Shown: positions 1 to 9,400, numbered from the stretch's first letter. The stretch is DNA of 56,021 nt from Streptosporangiaceae bacterium (GCA_050699055.1 JBOHCT010000002.1:1-56021); one strand, 5' to 3'. The notes: generated from the letters alone by a model not told the origin. Translations and numbers: made by a program.

Positions 1-847
1 GGCCAGGTGTGCACAGGTCGGAGGCGAAGATGTCGTCGAACCCGACGACGCTGATGTCCCCGGGCACCGCGACGCCGCGGTCGGCGAACCGGCGGAGCGC
101 GCCGATGGCGAGCAGGTCGTTGTACGCGACCACGGCGGTTGCCCCGCAGCCCAGTGCCGCGTCGGCGGCCGCTCCGCCGCTGGACACCGTCGGCGAGAAC
201 GGCCCTAGCTTGGTGGCTCGCATGCCGAGTCGCTTGGCCGCGCCGAAGATCGCCCGCCACCGGTGCAGGGCGAGCCAGGAGACGCGTGGACCAGCAAGGA
301 AGACCACGGACCGGTGGCCCAGGGACGCGAGATGCTGCACGATCTGCTGGCATCCTTCGACGTGGTCCACCTCGACGCTGGGGAGCCCGTCCAGTTCCCG
401 GCTTACCAAGGCGATGTTGTAGTCTGCCTGCAATCCCCTGATCGTTTCGTCGCTCATCCTGCTGGAGGCCAGGATGAAGCCGTCGACCGACCGGGAAAGC
501 CGTTCGATCTGGTTCCGCTCGGTCTGCGCAGACTCCTCGGTGTTGACCAGGATGAGTGTGAGCCCCGCGGCCTTGGCGCGCCGCTCTGCTCCGCGAATCA
601 TCTCGAAGTAGTGCGGGTTGGTGATGTCGGCAACGAGCAGCGCGACCGTTCTCGTCCGTCCCGACGGCAGGGAGCGGGCAAGCGGGTTGGGCCGGTAGCC
701 CAGGCGCTTGGCGACATCGAGCACGTGCTCCCGGGTGGTGGCGTTCACCCGGTCGGGATTGCTGAAAGCCCGGGACACGGTGGACGTGGCCACGCCAGCC
801 TGCTCGGCGACGTCGTAGATCGTCGGTCCCCGCCTGGGATTCTTCAC
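1..847 (-). CDS. LacI family transcriptional regulator (C-terminal end cut by window edge)
   Basis: Own reverse translation from GTG at 847 gives 'VKNPRRGPTIYDVAEQAGVATSTVSRAFSNPDRVNATTREHVLDVAKRLGYRPN...'. This is a LacI-type HTH followed by a sugar-binding fold. It is absent from the ORF track because it has no stop inside the window. Confidence 0.85.
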   Translation of the reverse strand, partial: MKNPRRGPTIYDVAEQAGVATSTVSRAFSNPDRVNATTREHVLDVAKRLGYRPNPLARSLPSGRTRTVALLVADITNPHYFEMIRGAERRAKAAGLTLILVNTEESAQTERNQIERLSRSVDGFILASSRMSDETIRGLQADYNIALVSRELDGLPSVEVDHVEGCQQIVQHLASLGHRSVVFLAGPRVSWLALHRWRAIFGAAKRLGMRATKLGPFSPTVSSGGAAADAALGCGATAVVAYNDLLAIGALRRFADRGVAVPGDISVVGFDDIFASDLCTPG

Positions 848-867
848 ATCCCCGTTCTACCGACTAC

Positions 868-898
868 GGCAACAATTGGCAACCGCTTGTCGTGCGTG
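868..898. promoter_or_regulatory. Operator-like motif GGCAACAATTGGCAACCGCTTG (copy 1) between the LacI gene and the shikimate dehydrogenase gene
   Basis: 21 of 22 nt are identical to a second copy at 4430-4451. It contains the imperfect dyad GCAAC-CG-CTTGC, typical of LacI-family operators. Confidence 0.5.
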
Positions 899-1073
899 CG
901 CGCCGAACCCTAATGTTGGCGACCGTGCGTGACAACGTTCTGGTCCTCAACGGCCCCCGGCGGCACTCCTACGTCTCCCTGGTCGCGGAGACCGTGATCG
1001 CGGGGGCCGGAGCCCACGGGTATGTCCTCGCACTGCGCTACGTCGCTCACCTTCTCCGAGAGGGGAAGCGCTG

Positions 1074-2003
1074 ATGGGCCGGCAGGGCTGCGCCGCCGAC
1101 CCAACGGGTCTGCGGAGCTACGTCGTCGGCCTGATCGGCTCCGGGGTGGGGTCCTCGCTCAGCCCGGCGTTGCACGAGCGGGAAGGCGCCCGGCAGGGAC
1201 TCAGCTACGCCTACCGGACCATCGACATCGCCACCTTGAACCTGGCCCCTGAGGCAGCCGGCGACCTGGTCGACGCGGCCAGAACGCTCGGGTTCGACGG
1301 GCTCAACATCACCCACCCCTGCAAGCAACTTGTGCTCGGCCACCTCGACGAACTCTCCGCCGACGCCGAGGCCATGGGCGCGGTGAATACGATCGTATTT
1401 ACCGACGGCACGGCGGTCGGCCACAACACCGACGTCACCGGGTTCGCGAGGTCGTTCGCGCAGGGTCTGCCGGATGCCCGTACCGGCACCGTCGTACAAC
1501 TCGGGGCCGGAGGCGCCGGTTCCGCGGTCGCCCACGCGCTGCTCAGGCTGGGAACGGACCGGCTGGTTCTCGCCGACGCGGACAGCAAACGGGCCGAGCG
1601 CCTCGCCCGGACGCTGCGGAAGCGCTCGGAGCCTGGTGAGGTCGAACACGCCGACCTCGCCCGGCTGCGGGAGGTGGTGGCCAACGCGGACGGCGTGGTG
1701 AACGCCACGCCGCTCGGGATGGCCGACCACCCGGGAAGCGCGGTGCCGCTGGAGCTGCTTCGACCGGACCTCTGGGTGGCCGACATCGTCTACCGCCCGC
1801 TGCGGACCGCACTCGTGCGCGCCGCCGAACAGGCAGGATGCCGGGTGCTGACAGGTGCCGGCATGAACATCTTCCAGGCCGTGGAGTCGTTCGCGCTGAT
1901 CACCGGGCGGCAGCCCGACCAGGAGGCGATGTTCGGCGACTTCGAGGACCTCGTCGCTTTGGAGACTGCCGAGGAGGACAGGCCTCAACAAGGGAACCGG
2001 TGA
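1074..2003 (+). CDS. aroE: Shikimate/quinate 5-dehydrogenase
   Basis: 309-aa ORF with motifs 'SYVVGLIGSGVGSSLSPALHE', 'NITHPCK', 'GAVNTIV', 'GHNTD' and 'GAGGAGSAV'. A GAGAGGGG Shine-Dalgarno lies upstream. The stop overlaps the next start (TGATG). Confidence 0.9.
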   Translation: MGRQGCAADPTGLRSYVVGLIGSGVGSSLSPALHEREGARQGLSYAYRTIDIATLNLAPEAAGDLVDAARTLGFDGLNITHPCKQLVLGHLDELSADAEAMGAVNTIVFTDGTAVGHNTDVTGFARSFAQGLPDARTGTVVQLGAGGAGSAVAHALLRLGTDRLVLADADSKRAERLARTLRKRSEPGEVEHADLARLREVVANADGVVNATPLGMADHPGSAVPLELLRPDLWVADIVYRPLRTALVRAAEQAGCRVLTGAGMNIFQAVESFALITGRQPDQEAMFGDFEDLVALETAEEDRPQQGNR

Positions 2004-3913
2004 TGCGAAAGTCCATCGCGACCGTCTGTCTCAGCGGCACACTCACCGAAAAGCTCGACGCGGTGACCGCGGCCGGCTTCGACGGCGTGGAGATCTTCGA
2101 GAACGATCTGCTCACCTCGCCGCTGCCGCCGGAGTCAGTGCGGGCACGGCTCACCGACCTCGGCCTGAAGCTCGAGCTCTACCAGCCGTTTCGTGACTTC
2201 GAGGGCGTGTCCACGGACCGGTTCAAAGCGAACCTTCGCCGCGCGCGGCACAAGTTCGCGCTGATGCGCCGGCTGGGCGCCACACAGCTGCTGGTCTGCT
2301 CGAACGTGGGAGGCGACCCCGTCGCGGACGACGAGCTGGCCGCCGCACAGCTCGCGGACATGGCCGAGCTGGCCGCCGAGCGCGGGATGCGCGTCGCCTA
2401 CGAGGCCCTCGCGTGGGGGCGACATGTCAACGACTACGAGCACGCCTGGCGGATCGTGGAGATGGCCGACCACCCCGCGTTGGGCGTGTGCCTGGACAGC
2501 TTCCACATCCTTTCGCGCGGCGGTGACCCCGCCGCCATCGAGCGGATTCCGGGCGAGAAGATCTTCTTCCTCCAGCTCTCCGACGCACCGGTGATGTCGC
2601 TGGACGTACTGAACTGGAGCCGACACTTCCGCAACTTTCCCGGCCAAGGGGGATTGGACGTGGCGGGACTGACCGCGCACGCGATCCGCGCGGGGTACGA
2701 AGGTCCGCTCTCGCTCGAGGTGTTCAACGACGTGTTCCGGCAGTCCCCCGCCGACCGGACCGCGGTGGACGCGTTCCGCTCGCTGGTCGCGCTCGAGGAG
2801 GCAACCGCCCGGCTGGTCTCGACCGAGACCCACGCCACCGCGGCGCGCGGGGAGCATTGGGAGCATGGGGAGCATGGGGAGCACGGCCCCGTTCTCGTGG
2901 CGCCACCCGCCCCCGTCGTACCGTCAGGATTCGCGTTCGTCGAGCTGTCGACGACGTCCGCGGACGAGCTCGACGGGCTCCTCTCCGCGCTCGGGTTCAC
3001 CCGTCTCGGCCAGCACCGGACGAAACCGGTCGCCTTGTGGGAGCAGGGCGCGGCACGAATCCTGATCAATGCTGGCCACGGGGCTGGCCACGGTGCCGAC
3101 CACCGGTTCGGCCTGACGCGGTTGTCGACGTTGGGGTTGGAAAGCGCGAACCCGGAGACGTCCGTGGCGCGCGCCGCGGCGCTGGGCTCGCCTGTCCTGC
3201 CGAGAAGCAAGGCAGCTGACGAGGTAGAGCTGAACTCGATCTCCGCCCCGGACGGCACGGAGATCTTCTTCTGCCGCACCGGCGAGCCCGACCACTCCAG
3301 CTGGACCGCCGACTTCGAGCCCACTGGCCACGCGGCGCGCCCCCCGGCCATCAGCCGCGTCGACCACGTGGCGCTGACCCAGCCGTGGCGGTACTTCGAC
3401 GAGGCGACGCTCTTCTACCGCAGCGTCCTCGGTCTGGAGCCGTACGACAGCCTGGACGTCCTCGACCCCCACGGTTTGCTGCGCAGCCGGGCCGTGAGCA
3501 GCGCCGACGGGCTGGTGCGACTCGCCCTCAACGTGCCGCCCGCGTCGGCAAGCGGCACGGACGCGCCGACCCAGCACGTCGCGTTCCGCACCGACGACAT
3601 CCTCACCACCGCCCACCGCCTGCACGAGGGCGGCGCCGAGCCGCTGCGGGTCTCCCCGAACTACTACGACGACCTCGAGGCACGCTACGAGCTCGACGCC
3701 GGGTTCGCGAACCAGTTGCGGGAGTTCGGGCTGCTCTACGACCGGTCGGGGGACGCGGAGTTCCTGCAGCTGTTCACGCTCACCCAGGGGGAGGTCTTCT
3801 TCGAGGTCGTGCAGCGCATCGGCGGCTACGACGGGTACGGCGCGGCCAACGCACCGTACCGGCTGGCCGCGCAGCACGCCGCTGCCGCGCGTTCTCGGGC
3901 CGGCGAGTCGTGA
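2003..3913 (+). CDS. qsuB: 3-dehydroshikimate dehydratase (sugar-phosphate isomerase/epimerase TIM barrel fused to a 4-hydroxyphenylpyruvate-dioxygenase-like C-terminal domain)
   Basis: The true start is probably the ATG at 2003 ('MRKSIATVCLSGTLTEKLDAVTAAGFDGVEIFENDL'). The C-terminal half is VOC/HPPD-like ('FFEVVQRIGGYDGYGAANAPYRLAAQ'). The ORF-track start at 1838 overlaps aroE and is rejected. Confidence 0.85.
   Translation: MRKSIATVCLSGTLTEKLDAVTAAGFDGVEIFENDLLTSPLPPESVRARLTDLGLKLELYQPFRDFEGVSTDRFKANLRRARHKFALMRRLGATQLLVCSNVGGDPVADDELAAAQLADMAELAAERGMRVAYEALAWGRHVNDYEHAWRIVEMADHPALGVCLDSFHILSRGGDPAAIERIPGEKIFFLQLSDAPVMSLDVLNWSRHFRNFPGQGGLDVAGLTAHAIRAGYEGPLSLEVFNDVFRQSPADRTAVDAFRSLVALEEATARLVSTETHATAARGEHWEHGEHGEHGPVLVAPPAPVVPSGFAFVELSTTSADELDGLLSALGFTRLGQHRTKPVALWEQGAARILINAGHGAGHGADHRFGLTRLSTLGLESANPETSVARAAALGSPVLPRSKAADEVELNSISAPDGTEIFFCRTGEPDHSSWTADFEPTGHAARPPAISRVDHVALTQPWRYFDEATLFYRSVLGLEPYDSLDVLDPHGLLRSRAVSSADGLVRLALNVPPASASGTDAPTQHVAFRTDDILTTAHRLHEGGAEPLRVSPNYYDDLEARYELDAGFANQLREFGLLYDRSGDAEFLQLFTLTQGEVFFEVVQRIGGYDGYGAANAPYRLAAQHAAAARSRAGES
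2850..2885 (+). repeat. 4 x 9-bp tandem repeat (GGGAGCATN) encoding EHWEHGEHGEHG in the interdomain linker
   Basis: Direct reading of gggagcatt gggagcatg gggagcatg gggagcacg. Confidence 0.8.
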
Positions 3914-3930
3914 CAGCGACGAGGTGAACC

Positions 3931-4357
3931 ATGACGTTGAGGGTCGCGCTCGTGGGGTGCGGCAAGATCTCTTCTTCGGCGGACCGGATGATCGCCGCCG
4001 GCGCGGACGCCGGCATCCAGATCGGCGTGCTGTTCCAGCGTCGCTACTGGCCGGCCGCGTGCCGGATTCGCGCGGCGATCGATGACGGCACGGTGGGCTC
4101 TCCAATGGTTCCTCGGACCGGCGCGCACGGTCAGCGGGCACATCGCGACGTTGCGGCACGGCAGCTACCTCGAGGTCGAGGACACGGCGGTTCTGCCGTA
4201 CCACCACAAGCAGGTGGAAGACTTCCTGGTCTCACTCGCCGAGGGGCGGGCACCTGAGGTGGACGCCGTCGAGGCCCGGAAGGCGCTGGAGCTCGTCCTT
4301 GCCATTTACGAGTCCTCCCGGACCGGCGAGAGCGTCCGGCTGCCACAGCGACGGTAG
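3931..4357 (+). pseudogene. Gfo/Idh/MocA-family oxidoreductase remnant (internal deletions plus frameshift)
   Basis: The N-terminus 'MTLRVALVGCGKIS' (Rossmann start) jumps directly to mid-protein sequence. The frame changes near 4085-4140. The C-terminal piece 'HHKQVEDFLVSLAEGRAPEVDAVEARKALELVLAIYESSRTGESV' is typical of the family. About 140 codons remain of an expected ~330 or more. Confidence 0.65.
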
Positions 4358-4429
4358 GACAACGCTCCCGAAGGAGCTGAACACCGACCCGCTCATCAGC
4401 GTCCATGCCCGCGAATGATCGCCCCAGCT

Positions 4430-4458
4430 GGCAACCATTGGCAACCGCTTGCTGCGTG
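4430..4458. promoter_or_regulatory. Operator-like motif GGCAACCATTGGCAACCGCTTG (copy 2) upstream of the ABC permease operon
   Basis: Near-identical to 868-889. It lies about 95 nt upstream of the permease start. Confidence 0.5.
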
Positions 4459-4551
4459 TTGCAAACCACTCTAGTGTCGTTGAGAACGACGTCGAGAGGA
4501 CCGGTACCCGCTTCCCGCGGCAGGACCTCGTTGGGACTCGAAGAGAGGGCC

Positions 4552-5421
4552 ATGACTACCGCCATCGCGAGGTCGGCGACCACGGCTGTGACGAAGCGCA
4601 AAACGCCCATGGCGGAGTGGGCTTTCATCTTCGCCATCCCCTACGTCGCCTTGTTCCTGCTCTTCATCGGCTACTCGGTGGTGTACGGCTTCTGGTTGGG
4701 CAGGGGGCCAGCCAACTACCTTCAGCTGTTCGCCAACGAGACCTACCGGACCGCCATTGTCAATACGCTCATCTACCTGGCGCTCGGCGTCAACGTGAAG
4801 ATGGTTCTCGCCCTGCTGCTGTCAGGGTTCTTCGCGATCCCCAGGTGGTGGGCGAAGGGGCTGCTGGTCGTGTTCATCCTGCCGTGGGCGATACCCGCGG
4901 TGCCGGCCTTCCTGTCGATCCACTGGATGTTGTCCGGCAACGGGATGATGAACGCGATTCTCCACGACATCGGCATCTCCCATACCCCGGAATGGTTGCT
5001 GACGAGGCCCTGGGCCATGGCCTCCGCACTAGGCGCGTACATCTGGAAATGGCTGCCCTTCTGGACGATAATCCTGCTGGCAGCGCGGATGGCCCTCCCG
5101 AAGGACGTGTACGAGGCCGCGGAGGTCGACGGCGCAACCAGCGTGAAGCGCTTCTTCCATGTGACGTTTCCCCTATTGCGAAACGTCTACCTCACCAGCA
5201 CACTGCTTTCCACCATCTGGACACTGAGTGACTACAACACAATCCACTTCGTCACCGGGGGTGGCCCGTTCGACGCGACCCAGGTGTTCGCGACGCTCGG
5301 CATCCAGTACGCCTTCGACATGGGGGACATCGGCCAGGGTATCGCGATAGCCCTGACAGCGCTGCCGGTGATCGTGCCCCTCGTGGCAATCCTCGTGGTT
5401 CGACTCAAGAGGGAGGGGTAG
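4552..5421 (+). CDS. Carbohydrate ABC transporter permease (MalF/CUT1-like)
   Basis: ATG at 4552 is preceded by GAAGAGAGGG. Multi-pass membrane protein with the EAA-type loop 'DVYEAAEVDGATSVKRFFHVTFPLL'. Confidence 0.85.
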   Translation: MTTAIARSATTAVTKRKTPMAEWAFIFAIPYVALFLLFIGYSVVYGFWLGRGPANYLQLFANETYRTAIVNTLIYLALGVNVKMVLALLLSGFFAIPRWWAKGLLVVFILPWAIPAVPAFLSIHWMLSGNGMMNAILHDIGISHTPEWLLTRPWAMASALGAYIWKWLPFWTIILLAARMALPKDVYEAAEVDGATSVKRFFHVTFPLLRNVYLTSTLLSTIWTLSDYNTIHFVTGGGPFDATQVFATLGIQYAFDMGDIGQGIAIALTALPVIVPLVAILVVRLKREG

Positions 5422-5423
5422 AG

Positions 5424-6275
5424 ATGCGAAGCCGTCGTTCTCCGCTCTCCAAGCGAGTCGGATGCGTCTTGCTCGGCGTGGTCCTGCTGATCTGGACCCT
5501 GCTGCCCATCTACCACATGTGCATGATGGCGGTGAGTCCGAACGCGGCGGTGTCGAAGGGGCACGTGTGGCCCGACAACCCGACCCTCACTAACTTCCTG
5601 ACAGTAATCAACGAGGGCGAGTACCACGTCTCGCACTTCTGGCGCCAGCTCTTCAACAGCGTCTTCGTCGCCTTCATGACGACGCTGGGGGTCCTGGCCG
5701 TCGGCACCATGTCGAGTTTCGCCATCGCGCGACTTCGGCCGCGGTGGGCTAACGCGCTCTCCAACGTCGCGCTGGCGACTTATGTGATTCCCTTGTCGTT
5801 CTTGGCGATCCCCATGTTCAAGGTGATGGCTGTCTATCACCTGCTGAACACGGAGTGGTCGCTGATCATCGCGCTGATCGCCTTCGCGTCCCCGTATGCG
5901 ATGTGGGTCTTCACGCAGTACGCCCGATCCAGCATTCCAGCGGAGCTGGACGAGGCGGCGCGCATCGACGGGGCGGACGCGTGGCGGCTCTTCGCGCGGA
6001 TCTTCGTCCCGCTGATGAGACCCGTGCTGGTCGCGATCGGCACCTACGCGATGCTGCTGGCCTGGAACGAGTACCTCCTGGCCTTCCTGTTCCTGAGCTC
6101 CAGCCAGACCATGACGCTGCCGGTCGCGCTGAGCGGGTTCGTCAGCGGCGACCTGGTGCCCTGGAACCTGTTGATGGCCACCTCTCTGTTCTATGCGGTA
6201 CCCCCGGTGGTCGTGTACTACCTGTTCCGGCGACATGTGACATCTGGCCTGACGGCGGGTGGGGTGAAGGCCTGA
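5424..6275 (+). CDS. Carbohydrate ABC transporter permease (MalG/CUT1-like)
   Basis: 283 aa with 'ELDEAARIDGADAWRLFARIFVPLMRP'. Starts 3 nt after the previous stop. Confidence 0.85.
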   Translation: MRSRRSPLSKRVGCVLLGVVLLIWTLLPIYHMCMMAVSPNAAVSKGHVWPDNPTLTNFLTVINEGEYHVSHFWRQLFNSVFVAFMTTLGVLAVGTMSSFAIARLRPRWANALSNVALATYVIPLSFLAIPMFKVMAVYHLLNTEWSLIIALIAFASPYAMWVFTQYARSSIPAELDEAARIDGADAWRLFARIFVPLMRPVLVAIGTYAMLLAWNEYLLAFLFLSSSQTMTLPVALSGFVSGDLVPWNLLMATSLFYAVPPVVVYYLFRRHVTSGLTAGGVKA

Positions 6276-6345
6276 CGGTGTCGACCCCGATTCTTGTGCG
6301 GAAGTGAACGGTGCTGTAACCAGCTGACAGACAAGGAGAAGACCG

Positions 6346-7767
6346 ATGGACGAGAGGCTGTTTGATCGAAACGGCTCGGCGCGGCAGGACACCAAGCCCT
6401 CGTACCGGCCGGCACGCCGCGACGTTCTGCGGGGGCTGGGACTGGCCGCGGCCGGCGCCTCCGTCGCGCCGTTGCTCAATGCCTGCGGTGGCGGCTCGAG
6501 CTCGAGCTCCGGAGGTTTGACGGTGTGGTGGGGCAAGGGCTTCTACGAAGCGGAGGACGAGGCCGTCAAGAAGGTGGTCGACGAATGGTCGTCGAAGACC
6601 GGCAAGAAGGTCAGCCTGCAGTTCTACAACACCGATGACATCGAGACCAAGGTGACGAGTGCCGTGACCGCCGGCCAGGGGCCGGACATCCTCTATCAGC
6701 AGAACACCCGAGCGCAGTACCTGGCCTACAAAGGGGAGCTCGCGGAGATCGGCGAGGTGGTGAAGTCAGCGCCGCTGACGGCCAACGCGCTCAAGGCGGC
6801 GCGGCACTACAACAGCAAGAAGGACGCCAGTGGTTACTACGCGGTCCCCATCATGGGGTGGACGACACCGCTGTTTCACTGGAAAGACATGCTGGCGAAG
6901 GTTGGCATGGACTACGCGGACGCGCCGAGCGACTGGCACGGATACTGGCGCTTCTTCGAGGACGCGCAGAAGAAGTACCGCGGTCAGGGGACCTCGAAGG
7001 TGTACGCGATCGGCTGGCCCATGAGCACCGCTGCGCCCGACACGCACGAGCACTTCCAGATAGTCATCCGCGCGTTCGGGGGCCAGCTGCTGAACGACGA
7101 CGGAACCCTGGCGACGGGTGCCGGCGCGAAGAAGGCGCTGACCGAGGCACTCGCGTGGGTCACGAACCTCTACCAGAAGCATTACACCCCGAAGGGTTGC
7201 ATCAGCTGGGACTCGGGTGGCAACAACACCGCCTTCTTGAACCAGCAGGTCCTGCTGACCCCGAACGGGAGCCTTTCGATTCCCGGAGCCGTGCAGCAGG
7301 ACAACCACGCCAAGTGGGAGAAGATCGTCACGACCAAGTGGCCTGACAGCCCAGCGGGCGGCCCGACGCCGACTCCGTGGAAGTTCGGCAAGATGGTCCT
7401 CTTCGCCAAGTCGGACAACCAGGACACGGCGAAGGACCTGATGAAGCACATCGTGCGGCCGAAGAGCATCCAGAAGTTCTTGTCGGGGGGAAGGGACCGG
7501 TGGTTCCCGACCCTTAAGCCCCTGATCAAGGACCCGTACTGGAGTCACAACGATGACCCAAACGTGGCCGCGATCGCCGCGATCCAGGCGGCCAACCCGG
7601 TCGTGGACTGGAGGGAGCTGAGCCTAGCGTGGTCCCGAGTCGAGGACGAGGACCTGGAGGGCAAGGCCATGGGGCGGGTTCTGCAACAGGGCCAGTCAGT
7701 ATCCGACTCGGCCAACCAACTCCTGGAGGCGACGAAGCATATATTCCAGCAGTACGAACACGCGTAG
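6346..7767 (+). CDS. ABC transporter extracellular solute-binding lipoprotein (sugar type)
   Basis: Tat-like 'RRDVLRGLGLAAAGASVAPLLNAC' plus lipobox Cys and a Gly/Ser linker. 473 aa, SBP family 1-like. Confidence 0.85.
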   Translation: MDERLFDRNGSARQDTKPSYRPARRDVLRGLGLAAAGASVAPLLNACGGGSSSSSGGLTVWWGKGFYEAEDEAVKKVVDEWSSKTGKKVSLQFYNTDDIETKVTSAVTAGQGPDILYQQNTRAQYLAYKGELAEIGEVVKSAPLTANALKAARHYNSKKDASGYYAVPIMGWTTPLFHWKDMLAKVGMDYADAPSDWHGYWRFFEDAQKKYRGQGTSKVYAIGWPMSTAAPDTHEHFQIVIRAFGGQLLNDDGTLATGAGAKKALTEALAWVTNLYQKHYTPKGCISWDSGGNNTAFLNQQVLLTPNGSLSIPGAVQQDNHAKWEKIVTTKWPDSPAGGPTPTPWKFGKMVLFAKSDNQDTAKDLMKHIVRPKSIQKFLSGGRDRWFPTLKPLIKDPYWSHNDDPNVAAIAAIQAANPVVDWRELSLAWSRVEDEDLEGKAMGRVLQQGQSVSDSANQLLEATKHIFQQYEHA

Positions 7768-7790
7768 ACTACTCGGTTAGTCTTTTCTGT
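7766..7790 (+). terminator. Putative intrinsic terminator after the SBP gene
   Basis: Hairpin AGACTA-CTCGGT-TAGTCT followed by TTTCTGT. It overlaps the stop codon, and the convergent MarR gene ends at 7840. Confidence 0.45.
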
Positions 7791-7839
7791 CTTCGCCCGC
7801 TCCTCCCGCACAGGCGACGGCGCGGTTGTGCCGAACAGG

Positions 7840-8382
7840 CTAAGGCCGCGGCTGGGCGAGTTTGGCGGCCGCTTCACGTTGACGGCGGGCGGCTTCGGTG
7901 AGGAACCCGGCGATCACTTTCAGCTGCTCGCCTGTGTAACCGGCGTACAGCTCGTCCATCGAGCGCAGGAAATCGGCGAACAGCGGCTCGAGGCCCGCGG
8001 CTCGTTCGGGATGGAGCTCGATCAGTACTCGCCGCCCATCCCGCGGGTGCTGCACCCGTCGGGCGAAGCCTTTGCCTTCTAGCCGGTTGACGAGTCCCGT
8101 CACGGATGCCGGTGCGAGCCCCGAGCGCTTGGACAGCTGGCCGGCGGTCAGGGGCCCGTCACGCTCGAGCAGGTCCAGCGCCTTCTCCTCGGTCACACTC
8201 AGGTGCTGGTGTGCCGCCACGGTGGTGTGGAACGTCACCGCTGCCGCCGCCACGTCTCGACCCGCCAGCGCGACGCGGGCGAGAAGCTTGGCTCGACGTT
8301 CTGCTCGCGACCCCTTTGACGCGACGGCCACGCCAGCATATCTTTCGTATAGTCGAGCGAAATAAAGCTCTCTGCGCTCCAT
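7840..8382 (-). CDS. MarR family transcriptional regulator
   Basis: Start taken at ATG 8382 ('MERRELYFARLYERY...'). Winged-helix region 'LTAGQLSKRSGLAPASVTGLVNRLEGKGFARRVQHPRDGRRVLIEL'. The longer ORF-track N-terminus looks non-coding. Confidence 0.85.
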   Translation of the reverse strand: MERRELYFARLYERYAGVAVASKGSRAERRAKLLARVALAGRDVAAAAVTFHTTVAAHQHLSVTEEKALDLLERDGPLTAGQLSKRSGLAPASVTGLVNRLEGKGFARRVQHPRDGRRVLIELHPERAAGLEPLFADFLRSMDELYAGYTGEQLKVIAGFLTEAARRQREAAAKLAQPRP

Positions 8383-8410
8383 GGGGCCCGCAGACCGAAG
8401 GGACACCACC

Positions 8411-8887
8411 GTGCAGCCCACCCGTAAGCGCGCGTTGTCCCGACCCCTCGAGAAGTACCTGCTCAACCCACAGATGCGACTGGGCCTGAGACTCGGTATC
8501 GCGCCACCCAACTTCGCGCTCCTAGAGACCACCGGCCGACGCACCGGGCTGCCGCGACGCACACCAGTCGGCAACGGGCTCCGGAAGGACACTTTCTGGC
8601 TGGTCGCCGAGCACGGGCGGCGTTGCGACTACGTGCGCAACCTGCTGGCGGATCCGAGAGTGCGGGTCAAGGTCGACCATGCCTGGCGTGCGGGGGTAGC
8701 GACCCTCATGCCAGACGACGATGGTCTCGCGCGTCGCCGACAGCTCGACGAAGCCCAGGGCCGCGGTGGCCGCATCGATGGAGCCATCTTCCGCGCCACC
8801 GCCACCGACCCGCTGACGATCCGGATCGACCTCGAACCGTCCACGACCGGTACATCCCACCACGACGCTTCGGTTCACGCTCCGTAA
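8411..8887 (+). CDS. Deazaflavin (F420)-dependent nitroreductase family protein (DDN-like)
   Basis: 'LLETTGRRTGLPRRTPVGNGL..FWLVAEHGRRCDYVRNLLADPRVRV' matches the family signature. The start is uncertain (GTG 8411 or ATG 8381). Divergent from the MarR gene. Confidence 0.75.
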   Translation: MQPTRKRALSRPLEKYLLNPQMRLGLRLGIAPPNFALLETTGRRTGLPRRTPVGNGLRKDTFWLVAEHGRRCDYVRNLLADPRVRVKVDHAWRAGVATLMPDDDGLARRRQLDEAQGRGGRIDGAIFRATATDPLTIRIDLEPSTTGTSHHDASVHAP

Positions 8888-9029
8888 ACCCGCGGCAGGC
8901 GAGCGCACGAGGGCTGGCGGTCGAAGGACGAGACGGTGCGACGGCTGATGGGCTGTTCGGCGATCCCGCCCCGGCAGAAGGTCATGTTCGCCACGATTCT
9001 TTGTCAGTGCCTCGCGCTAGAGTTCGAAC

Positions 9030-9400
9030 ATGTGTTCTGGTTGGGAAGATCTCCTTGGTCCGCTGGAGGCGGCCGCGGGGCAGCTGGCGGCCGATCCGGC
9101 GCCGTACGGGTCGGCGGCGATGGAAGAGACCGAGCGGCTGTCACGGGTGATCGACTTGGCGGAGGCGGCGGTCGCGGCCCGGGTGGACCACGTGGACGCG
9201 GAGAAGGCGGTCAGGGCGTTCGGGTGCGGGTGCACGTCGACGTGGCTTAAGGCAAGCCTGTGGCATGCGGTCCGGGCGAGCGTCCGAGCGTACGGCCTTG
9301 GCGCGGCAGCTGCGGCGGCTGCCGCAGGCGGCGAAGCTGTTCACGTCCGGGAGACTCGGGTACGGCAACTCGGCGGCAATCGCGCACGCGGCTGGAAGGC
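9030..9400 (+). pseudogene. DUF222 / HNH-endonuclease (13E12-repeat type) N-terminal remnant, frameshifted and truncated
   Basis: Frame 1 reads '...EETERLSRVIDLAEAAVAARVDHVDAEKAVRAFGCGCTSTWLKASL'. Near 9255 it shifts into '...RSGRASERTALARQLRRLPQAAKLFTSGRLGYGNSAAIAHAA', the classic DUF222 layout. No HNH domain follows. Confidence 0.6.

Noticed and set aside
1838-2002. Upstream extension of the dehydratase ORF (ORF-track start at 1838)
   Set aside because: It overlaps the 3' end of aroE in another frame. The family-typical N-terminus starts at ATG 2003, in a TGATG overlap.
5232-6536. 434-aa minus-strand ORF
   Set aside because: It is antisense to the two ABC permease genes and has a charged, low-complexity composition.
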